Shown piece by piece: positions 1 to 9,170 of a stretch of DNA of 64,000 bases. The notes beneath the pieces are model-generated. The model searched no databases, was not told the DNA's origin, and worked only from the letters and a program-made list of their open reading frames with translations. The stretch is taken from contig JAJFTD010000027.1 of NCBI GenBank assembly GCA_021373255.1, positions 27,109 to 91,108 of the forward strand, written 5' to 3'. Position 1 is the first letter of the stretch. The number at the start of each line of letters is the position of its first letter. The translations under genes and the position numbers were made by a program. Origin of the DNA: a bacterium (lineage in GTDB: Bacteria > Armatimonadota > UBA5829).

Positions 1-1068
1 TCGATGAAATCGTCTATATCACCGTCCATCACACGGGCCACATCGCCGGTTTCATGGCTTGTCCTATGATCTTTGACCATAGTGTAGGGTTGGAACACAT
101 ATGAGCGTATCTGGCTGCCCCATTCTATGGCTCGCAGATCACCTCTGAGTTCCGCGACCCTCTGCTCGTTCTCTTCCTGCGCGAGTTCTGCCAGCTTGGC
201 CGAAAGCACCTTCATAGCAAAATCACGATTCTTGTGCTGTGAACGCTCGTTTTGACAGGTTACCACTATTCCCGTAGGAATATGCGTGATTCTCACCGCA
301 GAATCAGTTTTATTTACATGCTGCCCACCAGCGCCGCTAGCCCGGTAAGTATCAATCTTTATTTCATCAGGGTTTATATTTATCTGAACCTCATCATCAA
401 TCTGCGGAATTACATCCACAGCCGCGAACGATGTATGCCTGCGCTTGTTGGCATCAAACGGTGATATTCTCACCAATCTATGCACACCGCGCTCGCTTTT
501 GAGGTATCCATAGGCGTTCCTGCCTTCGACCAGCACGGTAACGTTTTTAGACCCAGCAACATCTCCCGGCACACTATTAACTATCTCGGTCCGATAACCA
601 CGCCGCTCCGCCCATCTGAGATACATTCTCAACAGCATATCCGCCCAGTCGCAGGCCTCAGTCCCACCTGCACCGGCGTTAATCTCTACAATGGCGTTTG
701 CGGAATCATGCTCACCAGAGAGGAGTGTTTGCAGCTCAAACTGCTCGTAGGCGCGCTCAATCGACGCTAATTCTTCGCGGAGTTCATCTGCATCAGACCC
801 GTTATCATCTTCTACCATCTCTGCCAATTCCAGCAGGTCATTCACACGTGACTGCAAATCCAGCAGAGGGTCGATAATGGCCCTGAGTTCGGAGAGGTGT
901 TTTAGTATATTCTGAGCTTCCGAGGCGTCGTCCCAAAAACCAGGTGCCCCAGTCTGCTCCTCAAGTCTTTCTATTTCTTCCCGTATTCTAGGAAGGTCAA
1001 AGATGCCCTCCCAGCTCTTCGAGGTCTCGCCGTATTACGGCGGCTTTTTCAGTTTCGTAGTTCAGCAT
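1..1068 (-). CDS. prfB: Peptide chain release factor 2, with a programmed +1 frameshift. The gene is 3'-truncated by the window edge. Frame-0 ORF runs 1068..1000, with an in-frame TGA at 999..997, then continues in the +1 frame.
   Basis: Minus-strand translation from the ATG at 1068 gives MLNYETEKAAVIRRDLEELGGHL, then CTT TGA C (plus-strand TCAAAG at 997-1002), preceded by an internal SD-like GGGAGG. The +1 frame continues LDLPRIREEIERLEE... and contains SPF and the SGAGGQHVNKTDSAVRITHIPTG (GGQ) motif. The gene is immediately downstream of secA. Confidence 0.85.
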
Positions 1069-1160
1069 AATTACTCCAAAATAGGTGCTACGAATAACTC
1101 TTATTCATTGATAGCTTTGGGGCTGAATTCGGAAATCCAGCCCCAGCATGTCTATGAATT

Positions 1161-4100
1161 TTAATTGCCCAGCTTACCCAGGCAGCATTTCTTGAACTTC
1201 TTGCCGCTTCCGCACGGGCACGGGTCGTTGCGTCCGATTTTGCCTGTCATATGTGCAGTGCCTGTGGCTCTGGCAGTCATCTGTGGTTGGCCGTCGCCCA
1301 TTCCCTGCGGACCCTCGGCGGAAAGCTCCACTGCGTTCTCGTAAGTCAAACGCCTGCGTCTTGGAGGCTCCTGGGTCTGGACTCGATACATTATATGGGC
1401 CATATCTTCCTGGATGCTATCCAGCATTCCCTGGAACAGGTCGTAGGCTTCTTTTTTGTATTCGACCAACGGGTCGCGCTGAGCGTAACCGCGCAGACCG
1501 ATTCCCTCACGCAGGAAATCCATCGCGTCCAGGTGATCGATCCACTTGCGGTTGATCAAGTCCAGAGTTACATGACGCTCGATCTCACGCATCAGCTCAA
1601 CGCCGATCTCCTGTTCCTTGGCTGCATAGCTGTGATCCACGACCTCAGCCAGCATATCCTCAAGCTCATCGCGTCTCTTGCCCTTGAGAGCGTCGGGCTT
1701 TACGTAAAGCTCCAGCGGAAGGATCTCATTTACGTTATGGAACAGCCCATTGGTATCCCACTCGCTCGGGGCAACTCCTTCGGAACAGTAGTTGTTAATA
1801 GCCGCTACCATCGCCTGGTGCAGGTATTCGACCACCGTAGCCCTCAGGTCTGCGCCTTCGAGTATCATCCTGCGCTGGCCATAAATGGTCTCGCGCTGGA
1901 CGTTCATAACGTCATCGTACTCCAACACGTGCTTTCTCATGTCGAAGTGGTGCAATTCGACTTTCTTCTGCGCACGCTCAATAGCTTTAGAGAGCACCTT
2001 ACCCAGGCTGCCCTCGTGCTCGATAGCCTCGTGCTCCTGCCAGCTCTGGAACATCCACGAGTTGGTTTTGTCTCCAAACAGCCGCATGAGTTCGTCTTCA
2101 AATGAGACGAAGAACTTGGACATACCCGGGTCGCCCTGGCGTCCAGAACGTCCTCTGAGCTGGTTATCGATTCGCCTGCTCTCGTGTCGCTCCGTACCTA
2201 TAATGTAAAGCCCACCCCTGAGGACGACATCAAGTGTCCTGGGGTTGGCAGCCGCATCGGCGTATTTGTCCGGGTTGTGCATCTTCCATGAGTCGAAGTC
2301 CCATGTGAGGTCGGCCATATCGAACTCAGGCCCCTCGGGCTCCTCCTCGCCATCTGGAAGCGGAGCGCCGCCCGGGATGATGTCAACACCACGACCGGCC
2401 ATGTTGGTCGCGATTGTAACAGCCCCACGGCGTCCGGCTTGAGATATGATCTCAGCTTCCATCTCGTGATACTTGGCGTTGAGAACGCTGTGGACGATGC
2501 CTTCCTTGAGCGCCTCATACAACTTTTGTTTACCGCTTGGCCTTATGCCGAGCAGCGTCGCAAGCTCGTCGAGGTTCTTCTCGTTAAGCATATTAAGCTC
2601 AACACCGAGCTTCTTAGCCAGCTTGCCAAAGTTGTTAATCCCCAATGTGCTGAACTTTGCATTCAGCAGGTCATAGGACTCCTGCTTCTCTTCTTTGGAA
2701 ATATCATCTGCCGCTTCCAGGCGGGAACGCAGTAGCACCGTGGCCGCCAGCAGTTGCAGCCGCTCGGAGAGCAGCAGTTCGCTTATACGCTCAGATACTT
2801 CAATAGACCTGGTTCCGACCAGCACCGGCTGTTCGCGAGTATAAGCCTTGAGCACTTCGAGCATTATGCCTCTGAACTTGGCCTCTTCGGTCTTGAAAAT
2901 TACATCAGAGACATCCTTGCGTATTACAAGCCTGTTAGTTGGAATCTCGGCGACGTCCAGCGCATAGATCTTACGGAACTCTTCCTCTTCAGTCTTAGCC
3001 GTACCAGTCATACCTGATAATTTGTTGTAAAGCCTGAAGTAGTTCTGGTAGGTGATGGTTGCCAGAGTCTGGTTTTCCTCTTCGACCCGGCATCCTTCCT
3101 TTGCTTCAACAGCCTGGTGAAGCCCGTCGCTCCATCTTCGGCCGAACATCAGACGCCCGGTGAACTCGTCAACGATGGTAACCTGACCGTCCTTCACCAC
3201 ATAGTCGATGTCCTTCTTAAATACCGCGTGGGCTTTAAGGGCGGCGTTGACATACTGGTTAGTTTCCAGGTTTTCAGGGTCGCTGAGGTTTCCGCATCCG
3301 GTGATCTCTTCAACCTTGTGCGTGCCCTCTTCAGTGAGCATCGCAGTCTTGGCTTTCTCGTCGACGGTAAAATCGCGGTCCTTCGACAGCCTGCGCACAA
3401 CCTTGTCCATCTTATAATACATATCACTAGAGCGGTTGCCAGGCCCGGATATGATAAGTGGAGTTCTCGCCTCGTCAACGAGAATGGAGTCCACCTCGTC
3501 GACTATCGCGTAGTTAAGCTCCCTCTGGACCAGGTCTTCGGCTCTGAACGCCATGTTGTCGCGCAGGTAGTCGAACCCAAACTCGTGGTTGGTTCCGTAA
3601 GTGATATCGCAAGCATATGCTTCTCTGCGGCTCACCGGCCTCAGTCTATCCCAACCGTTTGGATCGTCCGCCACGTAGTCCGGATCGAATATGAACGAAT
3701 TGCTGGATTCCCTGCTCTCGGCGCTTTGGCCGTGGATCGATCCGACCGTGAGGCCCAGCATGTGATAAACAGGCCCGTTCCACCGCGCGTCGCGCTTGGA
3801 TAGGTAGTCGTTCACAGTAACCAGGTGAGCGCCCTTACCTGATAATGCGTTCAAATACAGAGGCAGCGTTGCGACAAGGGTCTTACCCTCACCGGTTCTC
3901 ATCTCGGAGATTCGCCCCTGGTGCAGCACCATACCACCGATCATCTGCACGTCAAAGTGCCGGAGACCAAGTACACGCATAGCGGCCTCACGCACCACCG
4001 CGAACGCCTCTACCAGTAGGTCGTCCAGGATCGCACCGTCAGCAAGCCGTTTGCGGAACTCGTCCGTCTTACCTCTAAGCTGTTCATCGCTCAGGGCCTT

Positions 4101-4199
4101 TAACGATGGTTCCTGAGCATTGATTTGCTCAGCTACTTTTCGGAATTTTTTTATCTCACGCTCATTTGCGTTGAAGAGTTTCAGAATACTCATTTCCAC
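1161..4199 (-). CDS. secA: Preprotein translocase ATPase SecA (1012 aa, with a C-terminal zinc-binding tail)
   Basis: The N-terminus reads MLKLFNANEREIKKF...DVQMIGGMVLHQGRISEMRTGEGKTLVATLP (Walker A / DEAD-like motor). The C-terminus has the CPCGSGKKFKKCC zinc motif. Length and domain order fit SecA. Confidence 0.95.
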   Translation of the reverse strand: MEMSILKLFNANEREIKKFRKVAEQINAQEPSLKALSDEQLRGKTDEFRKRLADGAILDDLLVEAFAVVREAAMRVLGLRHFDVQMIGGMVLHQGRISEMRTGEGKTLVATLPLYLNALSGKGAHLVTVNDYLSKRDARWNGPVYHMLGLTVGSIHGQSAESRESSNSFIFDPDYVADDPNGWDRLRPVSRREAYACDITYGTNHEFGFDYLRDNMAFRAEDLVQRELNYAIVDEVDSILVDEARTPLIISGPGNRSSDMYYKMDKVVRRLSKDRDFTVDEKAKTAMLTEEGTHKVEEITGCGNLSDPENLETNQYVNAALKAHAVFKKDIDYVVKDGQVTIVDEFTGRLMFGRRWSDGLHQAVEAKEGCRVEEENQTLATITYQNYFRLYNKLSGMTGTAKTEEEEFRKIYALDVAEIPTNRLVIRKDVSDVIFKTEEAKFRGIMLEVLKAYTREQPVLVGTRSIEVSERISELLLSERLQLLAATVLLRSRLEAADDISKEEKQESYDLLNAKFSTLGINNFGKLAKKLGVELNMLNEKNLDELATLLGIRPSGKQKLYEALKEGIVHSVLNAKYHEMEAEIISQAGRRGAVTIATNMAGRGVDIIPGGAPLPDGEEEPEGPEFDMADLTWDFDSWKMHNPDKYADAAANPRTLDVVLRGGLYIIGTERHESRRIDNQLRGRSGRQGDPGMSKFFVSFEDELMRLFGDKTNSWMFQSWQEHEAIEHEGSLGKVLSKAIERAQKKVELHHFDMRKHVLEYDDVMNVQRETIYGQRRMILEGADLRATVVEYLHQAMVAAINNYCSEGVAPSEWDTNGLFHNVNEILPLELYVKPDALKGKRRDELEDMLAEVVDHSYAAKEQEIGVELMREIERHVTLDLINRKWIDHLDAMDFLREGIGLRGYAQRDPLVEYKKEAYDLFQGMLDSIQEDMAHIMYRVQTQEPPRRRRLTYENAVELSAEGPQGMGDGQPQMTARATGTAHMTGKIGRNDPCPCGSGKKFKKCCLGKLGN

Positions 4200-4389
4200 C
4201 AGCCGAATGTATAATATACGAGGAAAAAGGGAAACGTCGGGCTTATCCCGCAGCTTCCCCAGTGGGTCAAAATCTGACTAAATCTTGATTGTACGATATC
4301 ATAAATGCCCCCTACTGTCAATTAAGCAGGCGAAGAAGCTGGGCAGGATAATTGTGCCCTGATGCGAAACATGTCAAGCGTAAGGTGAT

Positions 4390-4412
4390 GGCTTCGGCTG
4401 CGTGCCGAAGCG
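4390..4412. repeat. GC-rich hairpin GGCTTCGG-CTGCGTG-CCGAAGC. It is a short member of the dispersed GCTTCGG...CCGAAGC hairpin family also seen at 33914, 59909 and 60029.
   Basis: Perfect 8-bp inverted repeat read directly from the sequence. The stem sequence is shared with the other loci. Confidence 0.4.
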
Positions 4413-4545
4413 GAGTGTGCTGTATTGATTACAAAAAGCAACAAACCGAATAACATTGCCAGGCGTCTTCTTGCAGGATGCCTGCTATTCTTTATACTGC
4501 TTTTTATGGCATTTTCGTTCGATGTTTCTTACGGAGAGAAAAAAA

Positions 4546-5486
4546 TGCCGCTGGGGAGCGTAATACGTGTGGTCTGTTCGCACGTGCCGGTGCTGGGTTA
4601 CGGCCTTGCGCAGGATGTGCCGGAACTGGATCGCGCGGTAGTGTGGGGTATCCGTGTCCCCAGAGCTGTACTTGCTCTGTTAGTCGGGGCTCTGCTGGCA
4701 ATGGCTGGGGCAGCTCTCCAGGGACTGCTCTTAAACCCGCTGGCTGACCCGTATACTGTCGGTGTCTCGTCGGGAGCGGCGCTTGGGGCAGGGGTTGCCA
4801 CTATGCTCGGCCTTGCCGGTGTTGCCGGCGGATATGGAGTCCCGCTTGTCGCATTTATCTTTTCAATGGGCGCGATGTTCATTGTATATTCTCTCGCCAG
4901 GTCGGCTGGACGAGTCTCTATACATTCTTTTTTGCTCGCGGGGATTGTTGTCGGTTCATTCCTATGGGCTATGTTGAGTTTTGTGCTCGCGCTCACAGCA
5001 GGTGACCCGGCGCAGGCCCAGGGCAAGATAATGGCATGGTTACTCGGCAGCTTTGATGCGGCTGACCCATGGGGCTATGTTCGCATAGCCGCACCGTTTG
5101 CTATATTCGGCCTTGTCGCGCTCTATGCTTTCGCGCGCGACCTCAATGTTTTCGCAATGGGTGAGGAGACAGCCCGTCATCTTGGCATCGAGACTGAAAA
5201 CCTGAAGATCATTATAATTGCCGTCGCTTCCCTTATCACCTCAGCGGCTGTGGCTGTCAGTGGGATTATCGGGTTTGTAGGGCTGGTAGTTCCGCACATC
5301 TGTCGCAAGCTATTCGGTCCTGATCACAGAGTTTTGATCCCCACCGCCGCCCTCGCTGGTGCTACGCTCACCGTTCTTGCAGACCTTGCCTCCCGCGCAG
5401 TAATGCCTCCCAGTGGCCTACCTGTTGGAATTGTTACCGCAATGCTGGGTGCTCCGTTCTTCCTTTACCTGCTCAAAGCCAAGTAA
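4546..5486 (+). CDS. FecCD/BtuC-family ABC transporter permease (iron-siderophore / cobalamin type)
   Basis: Polytopic Gly/Ala-rich membrane protein (RVPRAVLALLVGALLAMAGAALQGLLLNPLADPYTVGVSSGAALGA...) typical of the FecCD family. Start placed at the ATG after GGAGAG (MPLGSVIRVV...). The track ORF begins upstream at 4425. Confidence 0.8.
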
Positions 5487-5597
5487 TATTGCCGGGTAAT
5501 GTTGTCATGATGTTCCATATGTAGTCAATAATCGACCTGCGTAACTTGCCTGGTTCCCTGACATGCTAATAAATGTGACATAAATGGTGTAAAAGTA

Positions 5598-5626
5598 TTG
5601 ACAGCTTCTGCAGGATTTGGCATAAT
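5598..5626 (+). promoter_or_regulatory. Sigma-70-like promoter TTGACA-17-CATAAT upstream of the PEP-CTERM gene
   Basis: TTGACA at 5598-5603 and CATAAT at 5621-5626 with a 17-nt spacer. Confidence 0.45.
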
Positions 5627-5674
5627 AAGATTGTGCTTAGCTGCTATATCTCAACAAGAAAAGAGGTGATATTA

Positions 5675-6355
5675 TTGCTTAAGAAGCTGTTGACAGTTGC
5701 TGTAGTGTGTGGACTTCTGGTCTGTGCTGTTGGTGCGTGGTCCGCTAGCTACACATTCAAACCTGCTGATGCTGATCTTGAGGATTTACCTCACGGCTCG
5801 CTCTATATGTGGGGAGTCTCAGATTGGATTTTACCTAGCAATGAGCAGATCGTCAGTGCAAAGTTGACTATCCACAATATCTACGACAATATCCTCTTCG
5901 ATGATGACCATCTTTATATCCATCTGTTGGATACGGCTGTGGGCCGGAGTGGCATGCCTGATAAAGCAAATTGGCATTCTGCTATCACAAACGGGAAGTC
6001 ATCTAGTTACAAGCGGATAACTAAAGAATATTGCGATTCGAACTGGATTGGTGACAGCAACAGAAATGGAGACAACTTCGCTGGACAGGGTATAGAACTG
6101 GGAACTTGGAGCGATCCTGACGGATGGTTCTGTTCTGATACTATTTCCTTTGACGTACCTATGACCAGTCTTTCATGGCTTTCCGACGGTGACTTCGGCA
6201 TTGGAATTGATCCGGATTGCCATTACAATAACTGTGGAGTCGACTTTACTATAACAACCTCAGTCCAACCGGATGTTCCTGAACCGATGAGTTTTGTGCT
6301 TGCTTCGCTGGGACTCAGCGCCATAGTTGGAACTAAGAGACTTCGCAAAAAATAA
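5675..6355 (+). CDS. Secreted PEP-CTERM sorting-domain protein (predicted exosortase substrate)
   Basis: N-terminal signal peptide (LKKLLTVAVVCGLLVCAVGAWSA). The C-terminus has VPEP, a hydrophobic helix (MSFVLASLGLSAIVG), and a basic tail (TKRLRKK), which is the PEP-CTERM architecture. RBS GAGGTG sits 6 nt before the TTG at 5675. The alternative start is the ATG at 5633. Confidence 0.65.
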   Translation: MLKKLLTVAVVCGLLVCAVGAWSASYTFKPADADLEDLPHGSLYMWGVSDWILPSNEQIVSAKLTIHNIYDNILFDDDHLYIHLLDTAVGRSGMPDKANWHSAITNGKSSSYKRITKEYCDSNWIGDSNRNGDNFAGQGIELGTWSDPDGWFCSDTISFDVPMTSLSWLSDGDFGIGIDPDCHYNNCGVDFTITTSVQPDVPEPMSFVLASLGLSAIVGTKRLRKK

Positions 6356-6387
6356 GCAGGGATGCAGCAATTATACAGGATGTTAAG

Positions 6388-6425
6388 AGGCAGCGAGGTG
6401 CGGATGCCACGCTGCCTTATTCATT
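6388..6425 (+). terminator. Candidate intrinsic terminator after the PEP-CTERM gene
   Basis: 8-bp stem AGGCAGCG/CGCTGCCT (6388-6395 / 6410-6417) followed by TATTCATT. Confidence 0.35.
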
Positions 6426-6502
6426 GTACTGCCCAAGCCTTCTCGTTTTACATCTTATATGATAAAATATTGCTCGCATGCTTGATTTTAGGAGTGGATT
6501 AA

Positions 6503-7057
6503 ATGCATATTCTGACTCAAGTCAAAACACGAACCCTTAGCGGTCGCCGCGCTGTGGTTGCGTCACTTATCGGAGCGGCGTTTACTGCTGTTTGCGCGCA
6601 AGTTGCATTCTATCTGCCCGGCAATCCCGTGCCTGTTACGGCGCAGGTATTTGCGGTTATCTGCTGCGGAATGGTGTTGGGCAGTAAATATGGAGCGCTG
6701 TCACAGATCGAATACCTGGTTGCCGGTCTGATGGGTGCGCCTATTTTTACGGGGTTCAAAGCCGGTCCGATTGTCCTGGCTGGACCTACCGCTGGTTACC
6801 TGATCGGGTTTATCTGTGCGGCTTATGTCGTCGGACGACTTCTCGAATCATCGCCCAGACGCTCATTTGCGCCCGCTGTTATTGGTGGTTTGATGGGCGT
6901 TGGAGTGATCTACGCCTTTGGCGCGGGATGGCTCGCTGTGTGGGGTGGGTCTGCATTTCCCGGGTTTGCTGCATGGATATTTGGTGCTGCGCCGTTTATT
7001 GGAGTGGACGCAGTGAAAGTCGTGCTGGCCGCGATGCTCTGTGTTGGGCGCAAGTAG
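6503..7057 (+). CDS. bioY: BioY-family biotin transporter (ECF S-component)
   Basis: 184-aa polytopic membrane protein. The YLPGNPVPVTAQVFAVICCGMVLGSKYGALSQIEYLVAGLMGAPIFTG region is typical of BioY. Confidence 0.75.
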   Translation: MHILTQVKTRTLSGRRAVVASLIGAAFTAVCAQVAFYLPGNPVPVTAQVFAVICCGMVLGSKYGALSQIEYLVAGLMGAPIFTGFKAGPIVLAGPTAGYLIGFICAAYVVGRLLESSPRRSFAPAVIGGLMGVGVIYAFGAGWLAVWGGSAFPGFAAWIFGAAPFIGVDAVKVVLAAMLCVGRK

Positions 7058-7121
7058 CCTGACTTAAAACAGATGAATGTTAATGGGGTCGGAGGTATCC
7101 GGCCCCATTGTCATATCTATA

Positions 7122-9026
7122 CTATCGAAACACCACTGTTCCGAACCTGTCCGGGCTGTGGAAACTGCCGTATGGAACTGCCCACGTGATATACTCCACA
7201 GTGCCGGTTGTCGTCCTGTTCCTCGTAAGGTTTAGAGCCCACTTCGTCCCCGGAGTTGGCGAGTTTGCCCCCAGCGTCTTAAATGGTATGGCAATCTCTG
7301 TTGTATAACCTTGAGCACTAACCCTGGACATAGTTTGCCAATTGCCGTTCCATCCGGGATTGAATACTTTCTGGTCGAACATCGTTCCCAGCGTGTTGGT
7401 CGACAGATGATAATATGTCCGTCGCTGGTCCGTGGGATCGACGAATACCTCCACTGAATCATCATAAAAAGTCGGTCCGTCCCGCTTGGTTACCGTCGCC
7501 TTGATCTTATCCGCCAACGGCTCTGTGGCATTAAAACCTATATACACATTCGTATCATCATAAGTAAGTAAAGCCGTGGTTCGCACCGGCGCTGGTCCGC
7601 CATTGGGAGTATAGCTCAACTCTATCTGCGCTGCCGACTTCCATCCGGGGTCATCAAGATTCCCGTCTATTGTGATCGGAGACGCTGTCTTTGATATGTC
7701 TACCGCAGGCAGCGGTATTACATTCTCTGGAATATTGAGCGGCGGTTTTGTGGGCGGCATATACGGTGTGTCCTGCTCTCTGTACTGGGCGTAACAGGCC
7801 AGCGCATCAGACTGAGCAGCGAAATGGGTTTCCAGCCTTCGGTCTCCCTCCTTGCGCGCTTGCACAGCCCGGTCGCACAGCAGCATACTCTTCTCCCATG
7901 TATCTCTGAACGGCAGTGATGCCGGTAGTGCATAAGGTCCAGATTTTAGGGCTGATGCCTGTGGTTCTCCGAAGTAGGATGATGCAAACAGCGCCTGCCC
8001 ACTCGTCAGCAGTTCCCGTGTTATTCCGATTTGCTCCACCGTCTGCGCCGGGTTGTCCTTTTGCATGTGCAATCCGATTCCGGGCACGACCAGCGTTTTG
8101 CATTTCACAGCGCACTGCTGTTGAGATACGAGGCGGGTGAAACTCGTGTTGTTGTTCGTATACGCCATCGGGGTCAGGAAGTCTACCCATTTGTTGTCCG
8201 CCCAGTTCACCCAGTTCTGCATCAGGTTCATGCGGGCTTCATCAGGGCTGGAACCGACCGCTGCGGATATCTTCGCTTCCGGCTTGATTGCATGAGTCTG
8301 GAGGGCGATGCGTTGAACAAACGTGTTGACCTGCCGTTCCCTGAACTTGTTCCAAAAGACTTGATCGAGTGTAAGTCTGTCTATGTTTACCGGGTCAATC
8401 CCATACTGCTTATTGAATAGTGATCTAGCCGACTGACCATAGCCATAGGGAATCGGTGATTCAACTTCGTAGCGTATGTAGTCGAGGTGAATACCATCTA
8501 CTTCGTAATTATTAACCAGTTCCGCGAACAGACTCGCTAGAAAATCTCTCGCCTCGGGGATAGTAGGGTCGATCCACAGCCCACCATTCGGCGAAAGCTC
8601 TTCTCCATACTTACTCTGGTTTGCCCAATCCGGGTGAGCCGTTAAAATTGCTCCCCTGTCCTTTGTGTAGCCCACACGGAATACCCACACCCACGGATGC
8701 ACTTCCATTCCCAGCTTGTGGGCCTCGTCGATCATCGGCGGTAGAGGGTCCACTGCTCCCACGAACCTCGGGTCCCTGGCTAACAGCTTGGTGGGGTATG
8801 CGACATACCCGCGTGCTATCACCTCAGGCATGAGCACGTTGATATTGGCCTTATGATATGAGCGCACTAAATCTCGGATGCCGGCATCCGTCTTCGGGAT
8901 GGCGTCGGAATTCACCCACACCGCCCTTACCTCTACCAGTGGGTTCACTTGTTCGTATATAACACCTTCGCTCCCAAACGCCGCGCCTGCAGCAATGGCA
9001 AGCAGAGCAACAATCCATTTCAACAT
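7122..9026 (-). CDS. Secreted glycoside hydrolase-like family 10 (GHL10/DUF187-type) protein with a C-terminal CBM9/DOMON-like carbohydrate-binding domain
   Basis: Signal peptide MLKWIVALLAIAAGAAFG. The VRAVWVNSDAIPKTDAGIRDLVRSYHKANINVLMPEV...HPWVWVFRVGY block is characteristic of the GHL10 TIM-barrel. The C-terminal DGNLDDPGWKSAAQIELSYTPNGG segment resembles CBM9. Start trimmed to the ATG at 9026. Confidence 0.65.
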   Translation of the reverse strand: MLKWIVALLAIAAGAAFGSEGVIYEQVNPLVEVRAVWVNSDAIPKTDAGIRDLVRSYHKANINVLMPEVIARGYVAYPTKLLARDPRFVGAVDPLPPMIDEAHKLGMEVHPWVWVFRVGYTKDRGAILTAHPDWANQSKYGEELSPNGGLWIDPTIPEARDFLASLFAELVNNYEVDGIHLDYIRYEVESPIPYGYGQSARSLFNKQYGIDPVNIDRLTLDQVFWNKFRERQVNTFVQRIALQTHAIKPEAKISAAVGSSPDEARMNLMQNWVNWADNKWVDFLTPMAYTNNNTSFTRLVSQQQCAVKCKTLVVPGIGLHMQKDNPAQTVEQIGITRELLTSGQALFASSYFGEPQASALKSGPYALPASLPFRDTWEKSMLLCDRAVQARKEGDRRLETHFAAQSDALACYAQYREQDTPYMPPTKPPLNIPENVIPLPAVDISKTASPITIDGNLDDPGWKSAAQIELSYTPNGGPAPVRTTALLTYDDTNVYIGFNATEPLADKIKATVTKRDGPTFYDDSVEVFVDPTDQRRTYYHLSTNTLGTMFDQKVFNPGWNGNWQTMSRVSAQGYTTEIAIPFKTLGANSPTPGTKWALNLTRNRTTTGTVEYITWAVPYGSFHSPDRFGTVVFR

Positions 9027-9052
9027 TCTGAGCCCCCAACACGTCAACTGTA

Positions 9053-9082
9053 TTGACGATACGGATTCTTTTACCCTAGAAT
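9053..9082 (+). promoter_or_regulatory. Promoter TTGACG-18-TAGAAT for the Cys-rich ORF/nth operon
   Basis: TTGACG at 9053-9058 and TAGAAT at 9077-9082. Confidence 0.4.
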
Positions 9083-9123
9083 CATGTTGCATTACCGATA
9101 CGCGCAACACAGCGCGTTTCCCC

Positions 9124-9147
9124 GTTTCGGGAACAAGTTCCCGAAAC
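9124..9147. promoter_or_regulatory. 24-bp perfect palindrome GTTTCGGGAAC-AA-GTTCCCGAAAC, a candidate operator. A near-identical copy lies at 35704-35727.
   Basis: Read directly from the sequence. It lies between the -10 element and the RBS of the ORF starting at 9171. Confidence 0.6.
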
Positions 9148-9170
9148 ACCGAAGAAAAAGGAGATCGAAC

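Noticed and set aside
1251-4199. Numerous 60-350 aa ORFs antisense or out of frame within secA, lon, the TPR gene, the heparinase-like gene and others (e.g. 1251-2105, 3117-3803, 17892-18752, 25252-26181, 36909-37628, 61363-62046)
   Set aside because: They lie entirely inside well-supported genes on the opposite strand or in another frame. They are typical GC-rich shadow ORFs.
4200-4545. Cobalamin riboswitch upstream of the FecCD/BtuC-like permease
   Set aside because: Only fragmentary resemblance (AAGGGAA, CCAGTGG). No convincing B12 box or P-stem architecture by eye. Left as unverified.
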